The notes under the pieces are model-generated. The model did no database searches. It saw only the letters and a program-made list of their open reading frames with translations, and was not told the DNA's origin. Below, piece after piece: positions 20,300 through 29,576 of a stretch of DNA of 64,000 nt (within the stretch, counting starts at the first letter, position 1; every line of letters begins with the position of its first letter). The translations under genes and the position numbers were made by a program. This DNA is from an uncultured Dehalococcoidales bacterium. GTDB lineage: Bacteria > Chloroflexota > Dehalococcoidia > E44-bin15. The DNA lies in contig CAYUCL010000004.1 of NCBI GenBank assembly GCA_964443325.1, forward strand, positions 5,885 through 69,884, written 5' to 3'.

Positions 20300-21556
20300 T
20301 TACTCCCTCTCCACTATGGTCGCGATGCCACATCCCGCACCACCGCATAACGTCTGCATACCCCATCTGAGGTTGTTGCGCACCATCCAGTGAACCATCT
20401 CGGTGAAGTAGAGGACACCAGAACAGCCTATTGGATGCCCGATGGCTATCGCTCCACCCGTGGGGTTAATTCGCGGGTCGTCATAAGCTATGCCGAACTC
20501 GTCACAGAAGGCCATGACTGGTGATGCAAAGGCTTCGTTAGGCTCCCAAACTTCCATATCATCCATGGTGCGCCCGGCACGAGCGAGTGCCTTCTTCATC
20601 GCTGGTATTGGGGCAAGAAGCTGTATCTTGGGCTCGCCACCAGCCACCGCCATCGATCTTATGGTCGCCATGGGCTCCAATCCCAATTCCTTCGCCTTCT
20701 CCTTTGACATCAGCATGCAGGCTGCCGCACAATCGACAATGCCCGACGAACTCCCGGCGGTCACCTTCCCTCCCTCTTCCGCTTTCTTGAACCTCGGTTC
20801 AAGCTTCTGCATCCTCTCCCACGCAGCATCAGGGTTATCCAGTGCCTCAGCCCTTGGGGTCTCATCCTTGTCGACGATCACCGGTGGCTGGCCATCAACC
20901 TCCACCTTGGCGGGGATGACCCTCTTCCTGTACCACTCCTCATCTCTGATGGCCTTAACCGCCTTCTGATGGCTCCACAGCCCTAACCTGTCCATGTCCT
21001 CGCGCGAATAGTCATATCTCTGGGCAATCGCCTCAGCGGAGAGACCCATGTTCAGAATCTCAGCACCCCCTCTCCTCACAACATCGGGGTGGAAGGACAC
21101 AGGCAATCCCGCTTTCATCGCCGCCTGAACCTGGGAGCCCATGGCGTAGTGGCTCATGTTCTCCACCCCGCAAGCAATGAAGATGTCGCCGCAGCCGGTC
21201 ATGATCGCCTGTGCCTGAGAGTTGACCGCCTGGAGGCCCCCATTGCAGTAGCGGTCAATTGTCCAACCGGGAACCTCGTCTGGGAGCCCCGATGCCAGAA
21301 CGGCAAACCTACCGATATTTCCCCCTTGCTCGCCGATTTGCATCGAGCACCCACAGGCTACATCCTCGATCCAAAGAGGATCGAATTCGGGGCACTTCTC
21401 CTTCACACGCGCCATCAATCCCTGTATCGCCTGGGCGATGAGGACTTGCGCCGAGACGTTCATGTAGGCCCCGGCCTTCTCCATCCCCTTCCATCCCGAC
21501 TTCCCGCTTGGAAGCCGGACCGCATCTACGACCACAGCTTCAGTTAGTTCTTTCAA
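20300..21556 (-). CDS. Thiolase-like protein (SCP-x/lipid-transfer-type thiolase)
   Basis: Thiolase fold with an active-site Cys region and a C-terminal GHPIGCSG motif. Confidence 0.7.
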   Translation of the reverse strand: MKELTEAVVVDAVRLPSGKSGWKGMEKAGAYMNVSAQVLIAQAIQGLMARVKEKCPEFDPLWIEDVACGCSMQIGEQGGNIGRFAVLASGLPDEVPGWTIDRYCNGGLQAVNSQAQAIMTGCGDIFIACGVENMSHYAMGSQVQAAMKAGLPVSFHPDVVRRGGAEILNMGLSAEAIAQRYDYSREDMDRLGLWSHQKAVKAIRDEEWYRKRVIPAKVEVDGQPPVIVDKDETPRAEALDNPDAAWERMQKLEPRFKKAEEGGKVTAGSSSGIVDCAAACMLMSKEKAKELGLEPMATIRSMAVAGGEPKIQLLAPIPAMKKALARAGRTMDDMEVWEPNEAFASPVMAFCDEFGIAYDDPRINPTGGAIAIGHPIGCSGVLYFTEMVHWMVRNNLRWGMQTLCGGAGCGIATIVERE

Positions 21557-21748
21557 CTTTTCCCCTCCTTAATATTATCTCTAAGAAGCCTCCATATTAT
21601 CTGCTTAGCTTCCATTACCACCCTCGCTGCTTCCCGTCCAAATCGACCCGTATCGTCTTAGCGTACACTATGCAGTAGTATACCATCTTATGCTGGCAAA
21701 GACAGCTTAAAAGAGCGCAGGCCTCATTTTTTTCAGACGTTGCCAAGA

Positions 21749-21837
21749 CACTATTTTTATTGATATTGACAGTAGATAGGAACGAGCCTAGACTTATCAT
21801 TGGATATGGATATACGAAATCTGAATAGTGCCCTGGA
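21749..21837 (+). repeat. Direct repeat, left copy (~90 bp); includes a truncated duplicate of the 5' end of the 24027 gene
   Basis: CACTATTTT...ACAGTAGATAG-GAACGAGCCTAGACTTATCATTGGATATGGATATACGAAATCTGAATAGTGCCCTGGAA matches 23970–24059 with a few substitutions and one indel. It encodes MDIRNLNSALEGQ* from an ATG at 21805. Confidence 0.85.
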
Positions 21838-21948
21838 AGGACAATGATAGATAAGGAAAAAGGAAATGAGTTTTAAAAATGAACCACAGCAAAAGATTGA
21901 TATTGAATAAGTAGAAGAGGTTCATACCAAACCAGTTTTATACAATTT

Positions 21949-22323
21949 GAATAGTCCCCAATAATTGACATAAAAATTACCAATTGCGATGGAAAAGGTC
22001 AGACATCCGGTCAATCAAAAAGATGGGAGGCTACAGTCTGGATTTGCTTAAAGATCAGGGAAGATAGAGTTTGGAAAGCAACTTGGTTTTCAACAGGGCT
22101 TGGAGGACTTATTACGGCATATGGAAGTGCCCTGACTGAAATGGTGAAAGGGAAAACAATAAGCGAAGCTTTGCGGATTCAAGCCGAGGATATATCTACA
22201 AGTTTGGATTTACATGAAACTGGATTTGGAGCTTGGTTTACAAGAACATTAGTAGAGGCAATCAACAATTACAATATTTATAAGTCAGCTCCATGGAAGA
22301 GAATGTATGAAAAGAAATATTAG
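21949..22323 (+). pseudogene. IscU/NifU-like scaffold remnant lacking the conserved cysteines and an in-frame start
   Basis: Translation (…TWFSTGLGGLITAYGSALTEMVKGKTISEALRIQAEDISTSLDLHETGFGAWFTRTLVEAINNY) aligns with IscU (…[62 protein letters not shown]). The first ATG in this frame is at 22141, and the Cys ligands are replaced. Confidence 0.35.
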
Positions 22324-22348
22324 AAGAATGGGGAAAGGAGGTGAAAGT

Positions 22349-22744
22349 ATGGAATTGTTAATAGCTTTCAGTACCGATGATGGTGAGAATTTGAACAATG
22401 GTCATGCAGGTGACGCCAAGTATTTCTATCTCTATAACTTTTTCGATAATAAGGAAGAGTTTGTTGAACAAAGAATGAATATCGAATTGAGGAGAGATCA
22501 ATCTCTAAAACCTGGAAGTCCAGAAATGGCCAAGGCTAGAGCTGCTGTTTTTAAGAACTTGGATGCATTGGTTGGTAAGGAATTCGGCCCAGGTCTTCCC
22601 AATTTGTTGAAGCAATTTGTCTGTGTATTGATAAGGGTAGACACTATCAGTAAGGCAATTGAAGTCGTGCGTAACAATCTGGACAGAATAAGGGAAGAGA
22701 AGGAGAAAAAAGAAGGTAGAAAACATATTGTGCTGAGACCATAG
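22349..22744 (+). CDS. NifX/NifB-like dinitrogenase FeMo-cofactor-binding domain protein with KE-rich tail
   Basis: MELLIAFSTDDGENLNNGHAGDAKYFYLY follows the MKIAxxSxDGxxxxxHFGxAxxFxIY pattern. A strong AAGGAGGTG RBS lies 7 nt upstream of the ATG at 22349 (the tracked ORF starts 42 nt earlier). Confidence 0.5.
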   Translation: MELLIAFSTDDGENLNNGHAGDAKYFYLYNFFDNKEEFVEQRMNIELRRDQSLKPGSPEMAKARAAVFKNLDALVGKEFGPGLPNLLKQFVCVLIRVDTISKAIEVVRNNLDRIREEKEKKEGRKHIVLRP

Positions 22745-22857
22745 CGGATAGTAGAGACCAATTGCAAAGATGGAGGTTGGAAGTTATTCTAAACAAGTAA
22801 AATAGCAGCAGAATAAGGGCGTTTTTTTAAACTTTAACAATGGAAGGTAAATAGAAA

Positions 22858-23247
22858 ATGGTAGCTAGAACAGACGTTAAAGAAAAGATAAAGAAAATTT
22901 ATGAGGTTTTGCCCAAATTGGATGACCAGCGATGTGGTTATAAAACTTGTGGGAAATTTGCTAAGGCAGTAGCTGAAGGAAAGGCGCCATGTTATGGATG
23001 TGTTAGTGGTGGGCCGGAGGTAGCTGCTAAAGTGTGTGAAATTATGGGAGCCAGAGTCCCTGAACAAGCAACTCGTCAGTCTGGCATTAATGCTGGATTT
23101 TACCAGCCCGCATTCGGTGGAGGTGGAAGGGTAGGAAGGGGCATGGGGCAAGGTTTTGGTAAAGGTCGGGGCATTGGACCAGGCCGAGGTATGGGTCGAG
23201 GTGGTGGCATGGGCCGAGGTTTTGGCAGGGGGCGACCTAGAAGATAA
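22858..23247 (+). CDS. RnfB-N-terminal-like Fe–S cluster domain fused to a Gly/Arg-rich (GRG-repeat) tail
   Basis: LPKLDDQRCGYKTCGKFAKAVAEGKAPCYGCVSGGPEVAAKVCEIMG resembles the RnfB N-terminal FeS domain (LPxTxCGxCGYPGCRxYAEAIxxGxA..CP). The C-terminal ~45 aa are GRGMGQGFGKGRGIGPGRGMGRGGGMGRGFGRGRPRR. Confidence 0.5.
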   Translation: MVARTDVKEKIKKIYEVLPKLDDQRCGYKTCGKFAKAVAEGKAPCYGCVSGGPEVAAKVCEIMGARVPEQATRQSGINAGFYQPAFGGGGRVGRGMGQGFGKGRGIGPGRGMGRGGGMGRGFGRGRPRR

Positions 23248-23303
23248 AGTAGAAAAAGGCAATAGTAGATTCCCTAATCATCGGTGGATTTAAGGAAGGA
23301 TAA

Positions 23304-23873
23304 ATGTTCCCGATAATAAAAAATCAGAGAAGGACTAAAGTTTTTTATGCTTTAACCTCGATAATCTACGACTCAATAAATCCTCACATCTACACAAAAG
23401 AAATGAAAGATATTCTAATTAAAGAGATCGAGGGAGATAAGATATTGGATGTTGGAGTTGGAACTGGTTATACCACTAGGGAATCTGAAATAGCAATTGG
23501 GATAGATATATCCAAAAGGATGCTGTTTCGAGCTAATGATTATAGAGGCTCTTTAATTTTGGCTGATGCTCTCTATGCGCCCTTTATACCAGGAACTTTC
23601 GATACCATTATCTCTGCTGGCTCTCTTTATTATTTCCCTGAGCCCTTGGAAGGATTAAGAATATTTCATTCCTTGCTAAAGGCAAACGGGGTAGTTCTGT
23701 ACCTCGGCCCAAATATAAAATTTTTAAAGTTGTTGGTTCAGGTCTACAACCAAGCAGAGCTAGAAGAATTGTTTGGACATAGTAGATTTAGAATTGAGAA
23801 AATAATGGAGGTAGGACGGGGTAACATTGCCTATTTTGCTAAGGCGAGGAAGCAAAGAGAGCATACCGGGTAG
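23304..23873 (+). CDS. Class I SAM-dependent methyltransferase
   Basis: ILDVGVGTGYTT glycine-rich SAM-binding motif. Confidence 0.65.
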   Translation: MFPIIKNQRRTKVFYALTSIIYDSINPHIYTKEMKDILIKEIEGDKILDVGVGTGYTTRESEIAIGIDISKRMLFRANDYRGSLILADALYAPFIPGTFDTIISAGSLYYFPEPLEGLRIFHSLLKANGVVLYLGPNIKFLKLLVQVYNQAELEELFGHSRFRIEKIMEVGRGNIAYFAKARKQREHTG

Positions 23874-23969
23874 TGCCAGATAGTCAGAATAGGGATTAGA
23901 ATATTTAGAGAAAGTAGAGAGAAAATGTTGTGTTTCAATGGATGTCATTCAGTCAGCTTGCTACCCAGT

Positions 23970-24059
23970 CACTATTTTGGGGACATTTACAGTAGATAGA
24001 GTACGAGCCTAGACTTATCGTTAAATATGGATACACGAAATCTGAATAGTGCCCTGGAA
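23970..24059 (+). repeat. Direct repeat, right copy (~90 bp), spanning the promoter and 5' end of the 24027 gene
   Basis: See the left copy at 21749–21837. Confidence 0.85.
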
Positions 24060-24653
24060 ACCTTATTAAAAGAAAACGCCGTCAACCAGTTGGCAAAGAT
24101 CTTAGCCTACGCCTCAAAAAAAGGCAGGATCTCCTACGAAGAGGCAGAACACGTACTTGATGATGACCCCGAGGATGCTTTGATTCTAGCTGAGCAGCAG
24201 AGGTTACTGATTCCGCTGAGATCAGTCAAAGATACGCTGGAATGGGATCATTCAGTTTTACTTCTCAAACCAGGTGAAATTTACAAGATGCCCAACGTGG
24301 TTAGGTATTTAGTAGAACAAGCTAGTAGAACCGGTCAATGGGATCCAGAATATGCTGTGGCCCAGATCTTCAGGGAGATGGGAGAGCCAAGCTGGAATAT
24401 AATGCCAGCATTGGTTAAGAAACTGGGAGAGGAAGCTAGCTATAACAAGCTCAATGCTGTTCAGATAAAGCAAGTATGTAGCCAGCTTGGGCTGGGAGGT
24501 AGGGTGGATTCACTAATCGCTGGACTCAAGGGAGCTGGAGCGATGAGCCCTAAGTTGAGTTCGATTGTTGAAGTGATCAGGGCAGGATCACCTATATATG
24601 AACTCAATCCCTCTCTTTTCATGTCGACATCTGGCAACGCAACCTCCACTTGA
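24027..24653 (+). CDS. Hypothetical protein immediately upstream of cas10 (possible HTH N-terminus)
   Basis: 208-aa ORF with no recognisable family. Its first 11 codons are duplicated at 21805. Confidence 0.4.
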   Translation: MDTRNLNSALETLLKENAVNQLAKILAYASKKGRISYEEAEHVLDDDPEDALILAEQQRLLIPLRSVKDTLEWDHSVLLLKPGEIYKMPNVVRYLVEQASRTGQWDPEYAVAQIFREMGEPSWNIMPALVKKLGEEASYNKLNAVQIKQVCSQLGLGGRVDSLIAGLKGAGAMSPKLSSIVEVIRAGSPIYELNPSLFMSTSGNATST

Positions 24654-24780
24654 TACTATTTCACTGCCTGTTAGAGCACGTCATTGCCATCCTTCAATAC
24701 CGGCCTATTTGACATCTTCCTAAGTGCCTGAGATAATTTGGTAACCCCATGGCCCTGGTTGGGCTCATGGCGGAGATGAT

Positions 24781-27201
24781 ATGTCCCAAGAAGAGAGCCT
24801 CATTCTTGCTGCTTTGCTCCACGATGTAGGTAAGTTCTGGCAACGAACTTCTCACCCGCTCGAACGGAAGGACCAAGCCCATGCCCTCCTCTCCCATCAG
24901 TTTATTCTGGACCACTTTGGCCAGAAATGGAGCCAAAGCGCCAGCCTGGCATCTGCACATCACCAACCTGACGATTACCTGGGCAAGTTGATTCAGCTTG
25001 CAGACCATCTATCGTCCCAAGAAAGGGATCACCAAGAGGAGGGCAACCCCGCTGTCAAACAGCTCCTGTCGGTCTTCTCGCAGGTTGGCTCCGGTAGCAG
25101 CCCTTATTATCTGCCTCTAAAGCCTCTGGACATTCACAGGGATCCTATCTTTCCCAAGCAAGAGACAGACAAGGAACCAGAGAAGTCCTACACTGCATTG
25201 TGGGATAACTTTGTCCAAGAAACGGCAACGGTCACGGGACTGTATGGGACAGATTTCCCAGCACTCATCAATACGTTTTATCACCTTCTGTGCAAGTTCA
25301 CCTGGTGCATCCCCAGCGCCTACAATGCGGACATCCCCGATGTCTCGCTGTTTGACCATCTCCGCACCACATGCGCCATCGCCCTCAGCCTATATCGCTC
25401 CGGCATCTCTGAGGCTGATGTGGATTTACTGCTCGCAGGCAGCTCTGATGCAGCGAAAGAGAAACAGTACCTGTCCCTGATAGGCGGCGATATTTGCGGC
25501 GTGCAGCGTTTTCTCTACACACAAACTTCCAGGGGGGTAGCCAAAGGGATTCGCGGGCGCTCGTTCTATCTGGAGCTCCTGACTGAGTTAGCAGCCCTTT
25601 GGCTGTCACGCCAGTTAGGGCTCTACACCATCAACCTGCTCTATGTCGGCGGGGGGCACTTTTATATTCTAGCCCACCACATAGACGGTCAGACGCTATC
25701 ATCTCTACGTAGGGATTTTTCACAGGCGCTATTAGAGCATCACCACGGTGCGCTGCACCTGGCTCTTGCAACTCAAGAACTGTGCCCGCAGGACTTCGGC
25801 CATTTCTCCAAAGCATTGGCTGGTGTACACAAACAGCTTGGCTGGGCAAAGCGGCGGCCATTTGGCGACCTGGCACCAGGGAAATTCTACGAAGAGATTC
25901 TCAAACCAAAAGGTGCCAGAGAACCTGCAGACGTATGCGCGGTGTGCGGGGCTGAGGGTGCGCACCATAAGCTCGGAGAGGGAGAGGAGAGAGAATGTGA
26001 CCTGTGCCATTCTCTCAAGCACCTGGGAGAGCAACTGGCGGATGCCAACTACCTCCTTATCGCCCCCAGACAAGAGGGACGGCAAGATGTTCAGGTTCAA
26101 GGATGGCAAAAGCTCTTTTTCTTTGGCCTAGGATTTGTGGTGAAGCTCTTGGATGAACCCCATCACTCGGATTTGAACAGGCTTGGCCCAGGGGCGACAT
26201 TGCTGCGACTGAACTCCACCGACTTTCTGAGCACCGAGGTAGTCAACGCTATCAAGACCGTGAAGAATCCACCAGCGCTTGGGTTTCGTTTTCTAGCCCA
26301 GGCGTCACCACGAAAGAAGGTGGAGCCTGCAGAGATTGCGGATTTTGAGACCGTGGCCCAGGCTTCTGAAGGAGTGCCTTTATTGGGTGTCTTGCGCATG
26401 GACGTGGACGACGTAGGATGGCTTTTCCAGCATGGGCTTGGCGAAGATGCCAGCATATCCAGAGTCTGCTCAATGAGTTTCCTTCTCCGTCTTTTTTTCG
26501 AGGGCTGGCTCAATAGCCTGTGTACCAGGTGGAACCCCCATGACGGGAAAGACAAGGTCTACGCCATCTATTCCGGGGGTGATGACCTTCTTATCACCAG
26601 CAGTTGGAGTGAGATAGCCGAACTTGCCTGGAATATACACCGCGACTTTTCAGAGTTTACTTGCTATAACCCCCAGGTGCACATCTCCGGCGGTACGACA
26701 GTCGATGACCCCCACCTCCCTCTGTATCAACTAATTAAAGCAGCTACAGAATCTTTGGAGAGCGGCGCCAAAAGAATGCCGGGGAAGAACGCCTTCACCT
26801 TCCTCGGCCAAACGCTCAACTGGTCACAGTTTCAGAAGGCGGGCGAGTGGCGCGATATCTTGAAGAGTATAATAGCCATCAATGGACGGATTGAAAAGGA
26901 TAAGGCGCCTCGAACCGTCCTTAATCTTTTGATGGAGCTTCACCAAAGCTACCTCGAAGGACAGAGTATGAATGACAGCAGGCGGCTGTTCCATGGGCCA
27001 ACGATTCACTACGGCCCCTGGATGTGGCACGCAGCCTATCATCTTTCCCGTATGATGGAAGGGGTAGAAGGCCCGGCCCAGGCCCAACTAGCAGAGATAA
27101 GGGAAGCTCTAATGCAAGCCGAGCGCCTGTCAGTTGAGCTTCCCCAGCTAGCACTGGCGGCACGGTGGGTGGAACTGCTCACTCGCACGGAGGGACTATG
27201 A
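24781..27201 (+). CDS. cas10: Type III CRISPR Cas10/Csm1 (HD nuclease + Palm/cyclase)
   Basis: N-terminal HD motif (ALLHDVGKF). A treble-clef zinc finger (CAVCG...CDLCHS). GGDD cyclase motif (IYSGGDDLLI). 806 aa. Confidence 0.9.
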   Translation: MSQEESLILAALLHDVGKFWQRTSHPLERKDQAHALLSHQFILDHFGQKWSQSASLASAHHQPDDYLGKLIQLADHLSSQERDHQEEGNPAVKQLLSVFSQVGSGSSPYYLPLKPLDIHRDPIFPKQETDKEPEKSYTALWDNFVQETATVTGLYGTDFPALINTFYHLLCKFTWCIPSAYNADIPDVSLFDHLRTTCAIALSLYRSGISEADVDLLLAGSSDAAKEKQYLSLIGGDICGVQRFLYTQTSRGVAKGIRGRSFYLELLTELAALWLSRQLGLYTINLLYVGGGHFYILAHHIDGQTLSSLRRDFSQALLEHHHGALHLALATQELCPQDFGHFSKALAGVHKQLGWAKRRPFGDLAPGKFYEEILKPKGAREPADVCAVCGAEGAHHKLGEGEERECDLCHSLKHLGEQLADANYLLIAPRQEGRQDVQVQGWQKLFFFGLGFVVKLLDEPHHSDLNRLGPGATLLRLNSTDFLSTEVVNAIKTVKNPPALGFRFLAQASPRKKVEPAEIADFETVAQASEGVPLLGVLRMDVDDVGWLFQHGLGEDASISRVCSMSFLLRLFFEGWLNSLCTRWNPHDGKDKVYAIYSGGDDLLITSSWSEIAELAWNIHRDFSEFTCYNPQVHISGGTTVDDPHLPLYQLIKAATESLESGAKRMPGKNAFTFLGQTLNWSQFQKAGEWRDILKSIIAINGRIEKDKAPRTVLNLLMELHQSYLEGQSMNDSRRLFHGPTIHYGPWMWHAAYHLSRMMEGVEGPAQAQLAEIREALMQAERLSVELPQLALAARWVELLTRTEGL

Positions 27202-27698
27202 CGCAGGTGGAAGGGTCTTCAGCGGAGTCTCAGCCACAAAAGGAACCGGCGTCTTCAGAGGAACTGCGCAAGATCATTGTCGACGGAGATGCCGAGGTAC
27301 TGGTAAACTGCGCCGAGCGTATAGGGAGGAAGCTGAAAGAAATGAACCTGGCGACGCATCAAATACGAGGCATCCTCGGTGCTATTCATATGATCGAGAC
27401 GACCTGGTCCTCTAATCCGGCTGAAGCACAGCGGGAGCTCCGTCTGCTGAAGCCCAAGCTGGCATATCAGTCAAAGAAAGTGAAGGAAACACTGGATGGG
27501 CAGGATGTATTTCCCGTGGAGGAATTGCGAGAGGTCATTTGCGGCGCTATTGACATCGTGCTCAAGCAAACAGACGAGCCAGAGGCAGGCGGAAAGGCAA
27601 ATGCGGGGGGGACGGAGCGCCACAACTCCTTCAGGCGCTTGGTGAGTTTCTTTGAGGCCATTGTCGCATATCACCGCTACCACGGCGGCAGGGACTAG
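27165..27698 (+). CDS. csm2: Csm2 (Cas11 small subunit); true start probably at 27195
   Basis: Small alpha-helical protein containing the LLKPKLAYQSKK motif typical of Csm2. Positioned between cas10 and csm3. Confidence 0.75.
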   Translation: MGGTAHSHGGTMTQVEGSSAESQPQKEPASSEELRKIIVDGDAEVLVNCAERIGRKLKEMNLATHQIRGILGAIHMIETTWSSNPAEAQRELRLLKPKLAYQSKKVKETLDGQDVFPVEELREVICGAIDIVLKQTDEPEAGGKANAGGTERHNSFRRLVSFFEAIVAYHRYHGGRD

Positions 27699-27707
27699 GG
27701 GAGTGTA

Positions 27708-28523
27708 ATGGCAGAAACCGAACGTAAAATCCAGTTGCATGGAAGGATATTCATCACCGGCAGCATAGAAATCGTGACTGGCCTGCACATCAGAGCGGCA
27801 AGGAGAGCTTTAGCCATTGGCGGTTTGGACAATCCTGTAGTGCGAAACCCCATTACCGGCCGCCCTTATATCCCCGGCTCCTCGTTAAAGGGAAAACTGC
27901 GCTCCCTGCTGGAAAAGCACTACAACAAGTCTCAACAATGGGCAATGGGTGGAGTTCGTATCCATGCCTGTTACAAGTTTGACGAAAAGGGAAACAGAAT
28001 ACCCGACGAAGAAGCCTACTCGAATTGTCAAATCTGTCCCATCTTTGGCATACCTGCAGGGTTCGCCGTGCTACCAACCCGCCTCATAGTGCGGGATGTG
28101 CCTCTTGACGAGAACAGCGCACAAAGGCTAGCCAGGACCAGGACGGAACTCCCCTTCACCGAGGTCAAATGGGAAACATCCCTTGACCGGGTTACCGCGG
28201 CGGCTACTCCCCGCCAGGTCGAGCGGGTGCCTGCCGGTGCCATCTTCGCCCCTTTGGAACTGGTCTACAATGTGTACGAGGATGCCGATGTGGACCGTTT
28301 CATGCACCTGCTGGACGCCATGCGGTTTCTGGAGGATGACTATCTCGGTGGCCTGGGAACCCGCGGCAGTGGCAAGATCGCTTTCCAGGAGCTTTCACTG
28401 ACCGCCCGCACCCGCGAGCGGTATATGGAGGAGAAGACTTTCGAGACAGGGTTATCCCTGAGAGATCTCATGGCCAAGGAAGAGGAGACGATGAACTGGC
28501 TACACCAGACGTTCTCCCGGTAG
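27708..28523 (+). CDS. csm3: Csm3 (Cas7 backbone RAMP)
   Basis: GGLDNPVVRNPITGRPYIPGSSLKGKLRSLLE is near-canonical for Csm3, including the G-rich loop. Confidence 0.9.
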   Translation: MAETERKIQLHGRIFITGSIEIVTGLHIRAARRALAIGGLDNPVVRNPITGRPYIPGSSLKGKLRSLLEKHYNKSQQWAMGGVRIHACYKFDEKGNRIPDEEAYSNCQICPIFGIPAGFAVLPTRLIVRDVPLDENSAQRLARTRTELPFTEVKWETSLDRVTAAATPRQVERVPAGAIFAPLELVYNVYEDADVDRFMHLLDAMRFLEDDYLGGLGTRGSGKIAFQELSLTARTRERYMEEKTFETGLSLRDLMAKEEETMNWLHQTFSR

Positions 28524-29576
28524 ATGTTGATCATGGCAGAGACATGGCTGTACAAGCTTAAGCCCCGCTCTTCCTTTCACTTCGGTGAGGGGGGCCTGGG
28601 CATTGAGGCTACGGACGAAGTCTTCCATTCCGATTCCTTTTTTGGTGCTCTGGCCATAGGTGTGAGAATGTGGGAGGGCGAGAATGCGCTGGTTGAGCTC
28701 CTCTCCCAGTTTCAGGAGCAGCCACCTTTCAGAATCACTTCCCTGTTCCCCTATGCTGGTGAGGTGCTTCTTTTCCCCAATCCCATGGTCAATCTCCCCC
28801 TTGAGGGAGAAGCCGAGGAAAAGCAAGGTATTCGGCTTAAATACGTACGCTTCATCTCCCAGGGTATCTTAGAACCAGTGCTTCGTAGCGAGCCTCTGGA
28901 TGGGCATCTAATCAGGGATAACCTTTGTCAGGGTGGAAGGGTGTGGCTTACGCAGCAGGAGCGCACCGCCTTGCCGCTAGCAGGAAATGAACCTATCCTG
29001 TGGCGACGCCACATCGTGACCAAGGTTGCCGTGGATCGGCTGGGTATGGCTTCACATAGCTATTACGCCGCACAGGTTGGTTTCTCCCCTGGCTGTGGTC
29101 TCTATTTCCTCCTCGAAGTAGAAGACCCTGCTTCAAAAAGGCTTGTGGAAAGCGCACTATATTATTTATCTGAGGCTGGACTTGGTGGCGAAAGGAGCGC
29201 TGGTCATGGCCAGTTTTCGTTCGAGTCCGCCAGCCCATTTGCACCATTCTGGCCTACGGATGGGGACTCGTTCATCACCCTCTCGCTTTATCACCCCACA
29301 CTGCCTGAGCTGGAGGCCGGTGTCCTAGACGGACAGGCCGCCTACGAACTTACTCAGAGGGGCGGGTGGGTGAACTCTCCAGAGCGAGCGGGGCAGAGGC
29401 GCAAGTCCGCCTCCTTCATCGGTGAAGGGTCTGTGCTATGCTCCCTGGGCAAGCCAAGCTATGGGGAACTGGTAGATGTTACACCGGAACTAGAGCCCGA
29501 GAAGCACCCTGTATATCGCTACGGGTTTGCCTTCCCCATTGGAGTTCATAGAAGGGTGGAAGTCGATGAGCCGTGA
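28524..29576 (+). CDS. csm4: Csm4 (Cas5-group RAMP)
   Basis: N-terminal YKLKPRSSFHFGEGG...SDSFFGAL is typical of Csm4. Its position in the operon also fits. Confidence 0.8.
   Translation: MLIMAETWLYKLKPRSSFHFGEGGLGIEATDEVFHSDSFFGALAIGVRMWEGENALVELLSQFQEQPPFRITSLFPYAGEVLLFPNPMVNLPLEGEAEEKQGIRLKYVRFISQGILEPVLRSEPLDGHLIRDNLCQGGRVWLTQQERTALPLAGNEPILWRRHIVTKVAVDRLGMASHSYYAAQVGFSPGCGLYFLLEVEDPASKRLVESALYYLSEAGLGGERSAGHGQFSFESASPFAPFWPTDGDSFITLSLYHPTLPELEAGVLDGQAAYELTQRGGWVNSPERAGQRRKSASFIGEGSVLCSLGKPSYGELVDVTPELEPEKHPVYRYGFAFPIGVHRRVEVDEP

Noticed and set aside
21615-21800. 61-aa minus-strand ORF in the AT-rich cassette boundary
   Set aside because: It overlaps the direct-repeat/promoter region and has no RBS or homology. 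It is likely non-coding.
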